Shown in pieces: positions 34,862 to 42,807 of a stretch of 44,472 bases of DNA. The notes beneath the pieces are model-generated. The model did not search any database. It was given only the letters and a program-made list of their open reading frames with translations, and had not been told where the DNA came from. This stretch comes from Myxococcales bacterium (GTDB lineage Bacteria > Myxococcota_A > Polyangia > Polyangiales > Ga0077539): NCBI GenBank assembly GCA_031386385.1, contig JANNCG010000476.1:1-44472 (forward strand), read 5' to 3'. The first letter of the stretch is position 1. Every line of letters starts with the position of its first letter. Both the position numbers and the translations under genes were made by a program.

Positions 34862-37173
34862 CCGTGGCAAACGAAGCAACTAGTGGACAACCAGCACTCG
34901 AACGACTGGGTCGGTATGAGCTTTTAGGCGAGATCGCCTCGGGCGGGATGGCGACGGTCTTTTTGGGCCGAGTCACCGGCGCCAAGGGTTTTCAGCGCCT
35001 CGTCGCGATCAAACGTTTGCATCCTCATCTTGAGTCCGAAGACGAGTTCGTCCAAATGTTTTTGGATGAAGCGCGCCTCGCGGCACGCATTCGGCATCCC
35101 AACGTTGTCGCTACGCTCGATGTCGAAGACGACGAACATCTGTACATTGTGATGGAGTACGTCGAGGGCGACCGCGTCCTGGCATTTTTGCGACACGCGG
35201 CAAAAACCAACGAAAAGATCCCTCCCGCGATCGCGACGCGTGTTGCAATGGACACGCTCGCTGCGCTGCATGCCGCGCATGAGCTAACGGACGATGACGG
35301 CAGCGCGCTCGGTTTGGTTCACCGAGATGTGTCGCCGCAGAACATCCTGATCTCAGTGGACGGCTCGGTGAAGCTCGTCGACTTTGGGATCGCCAAGGCC
35401 ACCGCGCGACTGAGTATTACGCGAGATGGTCAACTCAAGGGCAAGATCGCGTACATGGCGCCTGAGCAAACGAAGCGCTCAGAGATCGATCGTCGTGTCG
35501 ACGTCTTCGCAATGGGGATCATCACGTGGGAGATGCTCACCGCAAAAAAACTTTTCAACGGCGAGAGCGATGTCGAGGTCCTCAATCAGCTGTTGTTTGA
35601 GCCCATCCCCCGACTTCGTGAGGTTGCGCCCTCCGTTCCGGCCTCGCTTGACTCGGTGATCGCGAGAGCACTTGAGCGAGATCCGTCGAAGCGCTTTGCC
35701 ACAGCCCTTGAGTTTTCAGATGCCCTTGAGCGTGCGAGCAAGATCTTTGGTGGCCCAGCGAACAACAAGGTCGTCGCTGCGTATTTGCAAAAAGTCTCTG
35801 GTGAAAAGCTCGCCAAAGATCGCGCACGCATTTCAGCCGGGACACCTCCGGTGCCAGAAAACGCAGGCACTCCATCGGGTGTGAAGCGGCGATCGACTGG
35901 GCAGTTTAATATCCCAAATAGCTTGCCGGGGGCTGCAATTCCGCCACCTGCGCCGGCCGCTGCACCTGCTGCGCCGATCAAAAAAGCAACGATGATGGGA
36001 CTTGGCGGACCGCCTACCGCGCGTCCATCGCCGTCGTTTGAAGCCGGTCCATCGCTGCTCGATGATGACGAGGATGTTCCGACGCAGGCCATCGTTCGAG
36101 CGGATCTTCCGCGAGCGAGCGCTGATGCAGCGATGGATGATGGTCCGACTTCGGCCGAGCCGCATAATCCTGTGGCGCACTCCATGGCAGCGATGCTTCG
36201 TGCGAGCAGCCCTGTCCTGCCCGTCGCCGAGAACCCCGCCCCATTCGAAGAGTCAACGGCTGTCGGCATGACAGCGATCAATGACGGGCCTACCGCGAAT
36301 GGTCAACCCAACCCTGTCGCGCAGGTGATTCAACCCACTGCGGTCTCTGCCCAATCTCTGGACTCTGGCTATCTGCCCAACGCGAGTCCGCGTGGTGTGA
36401 CGCAGCAACTCCCCGCAGCGAGGCCCTCGCTTCCACCCGCGCCGAGGCCGCTTGATACGCCGTTTGATGCCGGTCCTTCGGGCTCGATGTTCGCTCCACC
36501 CATCGCCGCAGCACCGCCACAGCAAGCGAAGAAAAAGTCCAACATGGGCATCTTCGCCGTCCTCTCCGTTGCGCTGCTCTGTCTTGGCGGTGCGGGTGCA
36601 CTCGTTGTTGTGAAGATGAAGAGCGACCGTGGCAACCAAAGGATCACTCACGTTGTGGCAGGGCCCAACACGGGTGAGCCGCGCGAGGTTCCGGCCGCCA
36701 ACGCAAATTCAAATCAAGGAGCCGTAGTCGCCAACCCGAACCCGCAGGTCGGCGCGACACAACCCACAGTGGGTCCCACACCTTCTAATGGCACAGCAGA
36801 GGCCATCCCCACAACTGCAACTCCAACTCTGCCGACGCCGGTCCTCGGACAGGTTCTGCCTGCGAATCCAGCCACTGCCGGTGTTCAAGCGGTCGGCAAT
36901 CTTCCAAGCGTGCCGACCCCTGCGGGCGCAACGCAAATTCCGGCTGCAAATCAGGCAGGACAACCTGCGGCAAATGTTGCTCAGCAACCCACAACCCCAG
37001 TGGTAAACCCGCCTGCGAACACGCCACCCACTCCCCCAGTTGCAGCCACACACCGCACCCCCAGCTCAGGAACTCGTCGACGCCCACCTGTCCACCGGAC
37101 GCCACGAACTTCAGGGACAGCTGCTCATCCAACGGGTAACAATCCGTTCGGTGACGACAACCCTTACCCGTAG
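34846..37173 (+). CDS. Ser/Thr protein kinase with a long Pro/Ala/Thr/Asn-rich disordered tail and one TM helix
   Basis: GEIASGGMATVFLG, VAIKRL, HRDVSPQNILI, DFGIAK, IAYMAPEQ. TM helix MGIFAVLSVALLCLGGAGALVVV. The remaining ~190 aa are low complexity. Alternative GTG start at 34864. Confidence 0.85.
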   Translation: MRDILAVANEATSGQPALERLGRYELLGEIASGGMATVFLGRVTGAKGFQRLVAIKRLHPHLESEDEFVQMFLDEARLAARIRHPNVVATLDVEDDEHLYIVMEYVEGDRVLAFLRHAAKTNEKIPPAIATRVAMDTLAALHAAHELTDDDGSALGLVHRDVSPQNILISVDGSVKLVDFGIAKATARLSITRDGQLKGKIAYMAPEQTKRSEIDRRVDVFAMGIITWEMLTAKKLFNGESDVEVLNQLLFEPIPRLREVAPSVPASLDSVIARALERDPSKRFATALEFSDALERASKIFGGPANNKVVAAYLQKVSGEKLAKDRARISAGTPPVPENAGTPSGVKRRSTGQFNIPNSLPGAAIPPPAPAAAPAAPIKKATMMGLGGPPTARPSPSFEAGPSLLDDDEDVPTQAIVRADLPRASADAAMDDGPTSAEPHNPVAHSMAAMLRASSPVLPVAENPAPFEESTAVGMTAINDGPTANGQPNPVAQVIQPTAVSAQSLDSGYLPNASPRGVTQQLPAARPSLPPAPRPLDTPFDAGPSGSMFAPPIAAAPPQQAKKKSNMGIFAVLSVALLCLGGAGALVVVKMKSDRGNQRITHVVAGPNTGEPREVPAANANSNQGAVVANPNPQVGATQPTVGPTPSNGTAEAIPTTATPTLPTPVLGQVLPANPATAGVQAVGNLPSVPTPAGATQIPAANQAGQPAANVAQQPTTPVVNPPANTPPTPPVAATHRTPSSGTRRRPPVHRTPRTSGTAAHPTGNNPFGDDNPYP

Positions 37174-37222
37174 ACGATTGCAGCAGCCGCCCAGGGTTGC
37201 TATAGCCCTGCGCTAATAACCC

Positions 37223-38167
37223 TTGTTGCTCGTTGCGCATGACTATCGCGCGGCTCGTTGTCGCACAGCGACGGCAGTCGCGATCGGAAACTTCGACGGT
37301 GTTCACCGCGGACACCAAGCATTGCTGGCGCTTGCAAAGCGTGAGGCAGCGTCGTTTGAGGGGCAGTCAGTTTTGCTCACTTTTGAGCCGCACCCCACGC
37401 GAGTGTTAGCTCCAGACCGCGCTCCGCGTCGGATCACCGGCGCAGATCGTCGCTTAGAGTTGTTTGCAGAGGCGGGTATCGATCTCGCAATCGTTCAGGG
37501 ATTTGACAGGGGATTTGCGGCGATGACTCCGGAGATTTTCGCGCGCGAGGTGCTCGGGTCCTTGCAGGCTAAAGTCGTGCTTGTTGGCGAGAATTTTCAC
37601 TTCGGAAAAGACCGCGCAGGCGACGGGCATGTGCTCCGTGAGCTCGGAAAATCCCTTGGATTTCGGACTGAAATTCTCGCGCCCGTGACCGACGGATCCA
37701 TGATGATCAGCTCGAGCGAGATTCGGGACGCTCTCTTGCATGGCGCGCTGGCGCGAGTCGCGTCGATGCTTGGACGCCACTTCGATTTTGACGGTCGCGT
37801 TGTGCACGGCGACCATCGGGCGCGGGGACTAGGATTTCCGACTGCGAATTTGCGTACAGATGTCGAAGCCCTTCCAAGCGATGGGGTTTATGCAGTGCGA
37901 GTGCAGGTGCTAAGTAGAGTCGATTCGTCAGAAAATGTTCAGTGGTACCCTGCCGTCATGAACATTGGTGTTCGTCCGACATTTACGGCTGGTCGTGCCA
38001 TTGAGGTGCATTTGCTCGGGCAGGATATGGACCTCTATGGGCAACTGTTGCGTGTCCAGTGCATCGGGCGGTTGCGCGATGAGCAGAAATTTGGTTCTGT
38101 ACCCGCACTGGTTGCTCAAATTGAAGCGGATGTGTCCGCTGCCCGAACCAAAATTGAGCAGATGTGA
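37223..38167 (+). CDS. ribF: Bifunctional riboflavin kinase / FMN adenylyltransferase
   Basis: AIGNFDGVHRGHQAL, LTFEPHP, GENFHFGKDRAG, SSSEIR, GRVVHGDHRARGLGFPTANL, MNIGVRPTF, EVHLL. TTG start in the track. Confidence 0.9.
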   Translation: MLLVAHDYRAARCRTATAVAIGNFDGVHRGHQALLALAKREAASFEGQSVLLTFEPHPTRVLAPDRAPRRITGADRRLELFAEAGIDLAIVQGFDRGFAAMTPEIFAREVLGSLQAKVVLVGENFHFGKDRAGDGHVLRELGKSLGFRTEILAPVTDGSMMISSSEIRDALLHGALARVASMLGRHFDFDGRVVHGDHRARGLGFPTANLRTDVEALPSDGVYAVRVQVLSRVDSSENVQWYPAVMNIGVRPTFTAGRAIEVHLLGQDMDLYGQLLRVQCIGRLRDEQKFGSVPALVAQIEADVSAARTKIEQM

Positions 38168-38176
38168 ACACTACCG

Positions 38177-39487
38177 ATGACGGATTCAAAAAAACGCAGC
38201 GCAACGCCCACAACGCCTCAGGACGATGAAGCTCTCGCGCGTGACGCAAGTGAGTTGCGCGCCCTGGTGGCACGTGCACGCAGACTTATTGATCGAAACG
38301 CACAAGCGTTAAGCGATTCGCAGACCGCTCAAGCCGATGGGATCGAGGACGAAGAGACGGAAGAGCCGATGACGGTTCCGATTTTCACACAAGGGAGGGC
38401 GACCCGATCGCCAGAAGAATCCCCAAGTGCGGACACCGACGAGCAAGAGCACGCGATTGATGCACTCCCGGACACGTTTTTTACAAACACCATGGGGACG
38501 CTGCTGCTCGCTCAGGGACGTGCGACGGATGCTTGTGTTGTTTTTGAGCGCGTTTTGTTGCGCGACCCCAACAACGAAGAGGCTCGGCGTGGACTAGAGC
38601 GCGCCATTGCCGCGGAAGAGAGCGCACCGACGCGACGAGAGAAGCCCACGTCGCACACACTGTTGCGCAATCGGCAGTCTCCGGTGCTTCGTCCGGCGCG
38701 TGTCGAGCCAAAACCCGCAATGCCAGCGTCACAAGAAAAAGAGCCTGACGGGCTGCTTGATCGCACCGACGCACCATGGGGCTACGACGTAGATGAGCTT
38801 CGCGCGCTTCCAGTAGATCCCAACACGATTGTCGTCTTCTGGGAGCTGCGAGCGCAGACCCTTGCCCGAGCCACCACAAGCAGCGGTCTCGGCGGAACTC
38901 TTGCCTTGCGCGTGGTGTCGATCCGCCGCAGCGAAGACGGCAGCATTTTGCGAGACGAGCGCATTGAGCGCGGAGTGGGTCGCGTCGGCGACTGGTTTGT
39001 CCACGGACTCGACGCTGGATCCACACATCAAGTAAGCCTTGGACTTGAGGGTCGAGCTGGCTTCTTGGCCATCCTCTCGACCAACCCTGTAAGCACGGCC
39101 AGAGGCGCTCCCTCTCGGACTCGTGCGGTAGTTCGCGCGCGCATCGCTCTGCCGACCCGAACCAGAGTCGCGCTCGCAGAGATGACTCGCATCGCAGAGG
39201 TTGTTGGGCCTGCCTTCATCGTTCAAGCGCTGGTCGAAGAGCGAGCCACTCGAGCGCTGCGCAATGCGACGGTGATTTCACTGCCCATTCGCGACAACGC
39301 TGCCCCCCCTGCGGTGAACGCACAGTCCTGGACAGAGCACCATGCCGTGTTTGCGGTGTCGACAACGCCCTCCGTCGCAGGCGAGCGCTCCGAGATCAAT
39401 GACTTCTCGCCGGTTGAAGAAGAGTTTTTGGGGACGCCCAGGTTGAGTGGTCATCCGTCGTCCGCTCGTCCTTCGTCTGCTCGTTAA
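38177..39487 (+). CDS. Hypothetical protein: acidic N-terminus, one TPR-like unit, DUF4912-like C-terminal domain
   Basis: TPR-like segment LLLAQGRATDACVVFERVLLRDPNNEEARRGLERA. The segment LRALPVDPNTIVVFWELR...LALRVVSIRR...WFVHGLDAGSTHQVSLG resembles DUF4912. This is recalled from memory, not searched. Confidence 0.45.
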   Translation: MTDSKKRSATPTTPQDDEALARDASELRALVARARRLIDRNAQALSDSQTAQADGIEDEETEEPMTVPIFTQGRATRSPEESPSADTDEQEHAIDALPDTFFTNTMGTLLLAQGRATDACVVFERVLLRDPNNEEARRGLERAIAAEESAPTRREKPTSHTLLRNRQSPVLRPARVEPKPAMPASQEKEPDGLLDRTDAPWGYDVDELRALPVDPNTIVVFWELRAQTLARATTSSGLGGTLALRVVSIRRSEDGSILRDERIERGVGRVGDWFVHGLDAGSTHQVSLGLEGRAGFLAILSTNPVSTARGAPSRTRAVVRARIALPTRTRVALAEMTRIAEVVGPAFIVQALVEERATRALRNATVISLPIRDNAAPPAVNAQSWTEHHAVFAVSTTPSVAGERSEINDFSPVEEEFLGTPRLSGHPSSARPSSAR

Positions 39488-39565
39488 GCGTTGAGCGTTG
39501 TGCTCTTCACAAGAACGTAGGCGAGGTTCGCAACTGTCGCCACGCGTTTAGCGATAGTCGGCGCT

Positions 39566-40165
39566 ATGCAAAGCTCAGGACTTTTACTCCGGCTTGTCGG
39601 GTGCGGCACGTCACTTTTGCTTCCAACGGTCTCTCAGGCGCAAACAGCACAGTGCGCAACAGAGCGCTCGTGGACCTCTCGGACCCTCGTTGAGCTCGTC
39701 GCTTCTCGCGCGGTGCAACGCGCTGGCCTCTCGGGCGTCGAACCAACCCGTGAGCTCGCGACTCGCGCCCGATGGTCTGCGTTGCTTCCGCGAGTGACAC
39801 TTCGGGTTGGACGGGGACTTAGCTACGGACTCAACACGACGACCAGCATGTCGACAACAGACCGCGTCAGCTCCGATGACTCCATGCACTTTGAAGTCGC
39901 TGCGACGTTTGATTTTGATCGTATGGTCTCAAGCTCAATCGAACTCGACGCGATTCGGGCAGAGACTCAGCGAACCGAGCGCCGTCGTGGACTTGAACGG
40001 GAGGTCCTTGAGACACTCACCCTATTGGAACGAGACAGAGCGCTTCGTGCACAGTGTTTACCCACTGGCTCAAACGGTGGCACAGCAACCCCAGAGATCA
40101 TTCACGCACGTCTCCGAGTTGAGTGGTGGACCAACGTTGAATGGGTCCGGCTTCAGAGCATGTAG
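39566..40165 (+). CDS. Hypothetical exported protein
   Basis: 199-aa ORF with a signal-like N-terminus (LLLRLVGCGTSLLLPTVSQAQT). No recognisable domain. Convergent with pilQ. Confidence 0.4.
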   Translation: MQSSGLLLRLVGCGTSLLLPTVSQAQTAQCATERSWTSRTLVELVASRAVQRAGLSGVEPTRELATRARWSALLPRVTLRVGRGLSYGLNTTTSMSTTDRVSSDDSMHFEVAATFDFDRMVSSSIELDAIRAETQRTERRRGLEREVLETLTLLERDRALRAQCLPTGSNGGTATPEIIHARLRVEWWTNVEWVRLQSM

Positions 40166-40330
40166 ACCTGTCGTGTGGCAGTGTCGGATGGCCGACAGGG
40201 GCTCGATTTTATTTAATAAATTCAATAGGTTCATGGACTTAGAGGGCTGTCGGACGGATCTAGTCAGGACGATGATTCTGTCTTCTAAGAGCAAGCGTGT
40301 TGGCTTGACTGGTCGGGGGGAGAAACGTCC

Positions 40331-40370
40331 GTGGCACAGTGCAAAGCTTGAGCGCTTCACAGTGTGCCAC
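40331..40370. terminator. Long imperfect hairpin in the convergent spacer; possible bidirectional terminator
   Basis: GTGGCACA (40331-40338) pairs with TGTGCCAC (40363-40370), and inner GTG/CAC and AAGC/GCTT pairs extend the stem. On the + strand it is followed by the T-rich ttagatttgtattcttgggttt. It begins ~34 nt past the pilQ stop on the - strand. Confidence 0.4.
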
Positions 40371-40403
40371 TTAGATTTGTATTCTTGGGTTTCGGGTTGT
40401 TGA

Positions 40404-42002
40404 CTAGCGACCGATAGCTTCGGCGCGGTTAACGATTCGAGGGGTCAAGAAGATCAGAAGTTCGCTGCGGGTGTCTCGGTTGCGGCGACGTTGAAAGAGC
40501 ACTCCCAAGATGGGGATGTCGCCTAGACCTGGAACCATGTTGACGTCACGACCGGTGTTGCGGGTGAAGATTCCACCGATCACCGCGGTGCGACCATCGG
40601 GGATCAAAAGATCCGTCTCGGCCTCACGCTTGATGATCGTCGGATCACCACGTGGTCCTGTGTTGACGAAGTCAGGCTCATCTCTGGTGACACGAACGTG
40701 CATTGAGACAGAACCATCGGCCGTTACGTGAGGACGCACACGGAGCTGCAGCTTGGCCTCTTGAAAGGCCGTCTGCACGCCTTGAGCGCTTACCTGCGAG
40801 TACGGAATCAACGTACCAGCGGCGATCAACGCCTCTCGATTGTCGAGTGTAAGAATTCGAGGCGAGCTTACAATTCGCACTTGGCTGTTGAGCTCAGCGG
40901 CACTCAAGCGCAAGTTGAGATTGAAGTTTCCGTTCAGCGAGCCGAGGGTCAAACCCAAAGCGCCGCCCTGACCAGTACCAACAGTTTGCGCCGGGAGGTT
41001 CACCGCGAAGTTTGGGTTCGCCACCGCATTTTGTGTTGGAGAAAGGCCCATCGTTGGAGTCATGCCGTCCGACGCACCACCCTGCAAGCCGATGGAGCTT
41101 GGAAAGGATAGACCCGTGGGATTACCGTACGCAGAACCGAAGTTGACGTCGCCGCCCCACTGGATACCCACGTCTCGGGTAAACGTACTAGCAGCCTCTA
41201 CGATGCGTGCCTCGACGAGGACCTGTGGAGTTTGTGTATCCAGCGAGCGGATCAGCCGTTCGATCTGATTCAGCACCGCAGCGGTGTCGCGTGCGATCAT
41301 CACGTTGGTGCGTTCATCCACGCTGATGGTTCCGCGTTCGGACTTCAACTCGCGTGCTCGGGGAGCAAGATCGTTTGCAAGTGCGTAGCTCACAGGAATG
41401 AGCCGCGTCTCCAATGGTTCGAGCGTTGCCAACTGACGCTGACGCTCGATCAACAGCTCACGCTCTTTATCGAGGACCGTCTGTGGTGCGACGCGAATGA
41501 TGTTTCCGTTGCGTTGCATGCCCAGGGCGCGTGCTGCGAGAATCACATCGAGCGCTTGATCCCAGGGGACGTTTCGCATGCGAATTGTCACGTTTCCGCT
41601 GACATCCTCGCTCGCAACGATGTTGACCGAGCCAACCTCAGCGAGCAAACGAAGGACGTTGTGGATATCCGCGTCGCGTAGATCAATGTCCACACGGCGA
41701 CCGGTGTACCGACGGCCACGAGCACCCGCGACTTGCAGCGGAGCGACCGACAAGAAGCCGGCCTCTTCGCTGGTGTCAGAGAGAATCGTCTCCGCTGACT
41801 CACGAGCGATCACGCGTGACGGTGGTCGCGAGGGAGGGGGCGGATCGCCGTTCTCGGGATTGGTTTGAGGGTTACGCGGAGGCTCATTCGCTTGGGAAAC
41901 CTGCGCGAGCGCAGACCCAGCTAAGAGTTGGACCGCAAAAATGCTTATCAATACTTGTAGTATGAGCGGGGGAGCGAGCTTGCGTCGCATCAGTGACCTC
42001 AT
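40404..42002 (-). CDS. pilQ: Type IV pilus secretin PilQ (short form without AMIN domains)
   Basis: Signal peptide (LISIFAVQLLAGSALAQ) and a ~60-aa Pro-rich linker. N0/secretin_N-like domain: VDIDLRDADIHNVLRLLAEVGSVNIVASEDVSGNVTIRMRNVPWDQALDVIL. ISVDERTNVMIARDT. The C-terminal secretin domain ends VPGLGDIPILGVLFQRRRNRDTRSELLIFLTPRIV. Confidence 0.85.
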   Translation of the reverse strand: MRSLMRRKLAPPLILQVLISIFAVQLLAGSALAQVSQANEPPRNPQTNPENGDPPPPSRPPSRVIARESAETILSDTSEEAGFLSVAPLQVAGARGRRYTGRRVDIDLRDADIHNVLRLLAEVGSVNIVASEDVSGNVTIRMRNVPWDQALDVILAARALGMQRNGNIIRVAPQTVLDKERELLIERQRQLATLEPLETRLIPVSYALANDLAPRARELKSERGTISVDERTNVMIARDTAAVLNQIERLIRSLDTQTPQVLVEARIVEAASTFTRDVGIQWGGDVNFGSAYGNPTGLSFPSSIGLQGGASDGMTPTMGLSPTQNAVANPNFAVNLPAQTVGTGQGGALGLTLGSLNGNFNLNLRLSAAELNSQVRIVSSPRILTLDNREALIAAGTLIPYSQVSAQGVQTAFQEAKLQLRVRPHVTADGSVSMHVRVTRDEPDFVNTGPRGDPTIIKREAETDLLIPDGRTAVIGGIFTRNTGRDVNMVPGLGDIPILGVLFQRRRNRDTRSELLIFLTPRIVNRAEAIGR

Positions 42003-42085
42003 TCATCAAAACCCAGGAATTCGGAATACGTCACCGAACCTAGAACGATGTGCCCCGAAACCGGAAGTTTTCGGCTTGCTTTGTT

Positions 42086-42661
42086 CTAACGATCTTTAAA
42101 ATCCCTGTGTTCTGGCTGAGACGCCCGTCGCTCTGCCTCTCGCGCTGCGCGCTCAAAAGCAGTCTCAAGATAGTGATCACAGGCTCGCCAAGCCGCTTGC
42201 GATCGCTCGGCATCACGTGTGCTCTGTGCTCGAATCTCTGCAGCACGCTCGGGCTCAACTCTCTGCACAAGCCGCCACAACATGCGAGGGTCCGAGCCGC
42301 TCGCTCGCATCGAGACCTCCGACGCTCCACCGTCTTCAGACGGGTGATCGATCCGTTGTTGATACTGCAGGTCAATTGCGTACGCCGAGGATGTCCCCGC
42401 GAATCGGACCGACACCTGGCGGCGCCCTTGATCCGAATGCCCCATGAGCTGGCGATCAAACGAGACCACCGCGGGCAAATCCGTGAATCCCTCCACAGAG
42501 AGCATTTCGCGCAGCTCGTTGTACGTACGGGTGGGGTCAGAGTGAAATTCCCAACCTCGCACCCGATGCATGGCGAAGGACTCAGGTGTACCGGCGCAGG
42601 TGTTCGCACAACACGGAAGGGCAATGAACAAGCAGAGGACCAACATTCGTGAGATCTTCAT
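42086..42661 (-). CDS. Hypothetical exported protein encoded immediately upstream of pilQ
   Basis: The TTG start of the track ORF 42086..42694 lies inside the TTGGCAT promoter motif. Met12 (42661) gives MKISRMLVLCLFIALPCCANTCAG, a signal peptide. No recognisable domain. An 83-nt gap separates it from pilQ on the same strand. Confidence 0.5.
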   Translation of the reverse strand: MKISRMLVLCLFIALPCCANTCAGTPESFAMHRVRGWEFHSDPTRTYNELREMLSVEGFTDLPAVVSFDRQLMGHSDQGRRQVSVRFAGTSSAYAIDLQYQQRIDHPSEDGGASEVSMRASGSDPRMLWRLVQRVEPERAAEIRAQSTRDAERSQAAWRACDHYLETAFERAAREAERRASQPEHRDFKDR

Positions 42662-42677
42662 TTCACTGCATTGAATG

Positions 42678-42693
42678 AGCAGCGAATATGCCA
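42678..42693 (-). promoter_or_regulatory. Candidate sigma54 (-24/-12) promoter TGGCATATTCGCTGCT
   Basis: The minus strand reads cTTGGCATATTCGCTGCTc. GG at 42692-42691 and GC at 42680-42679 have canonical spacing. TGGCA and TGCT match the consensus TGGCACG-N4-TTGCW. The predicted TSS (about 42667) leaves only ~6 nt of leader before the ATG at 42661. Confidence 0.45.
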
Positions 42694-42701
42694 AGACATT
42701 T

Positions 42702-42737
42702 TCGCTGACAAATGCCAGTGTGCGACAATTTTGTCAG
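42702..42737. promoter_or_regulatory. Inverted repeat CTGACAAA-N17-TTTGTCAG upstream of the candidate sigma54 promoter; the left arm is embedded in TCGCTGACAAATGCC
   Basis: Arms at 42705-42712 and 42730-42737. On the promoter (minus) strand, the distal arm reads CTGACAAA starting 45 nt upstream of the -24 GG, compared with 48 nt at 7344. A further GACAA lies at 42766-42770. Confidence 0.35.
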
Positions 42738-42807
42738 GACATTCAAGTCAGCCCTGTCGCAAATTGACAACAGGTACTGTGAAAAACTTCACACCCTCAG
42801 GATAATA

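Noticed and set aside
35870-37170. Possible DNA-level repeat element in the Pro/Ala/Thr/Asn-rich region
   Set aside because: It is in frame with the kinase ORF and compositionally biased rather than periodically repeated. I interpret it as a disordered protein tail, not a mobile or satellite element.
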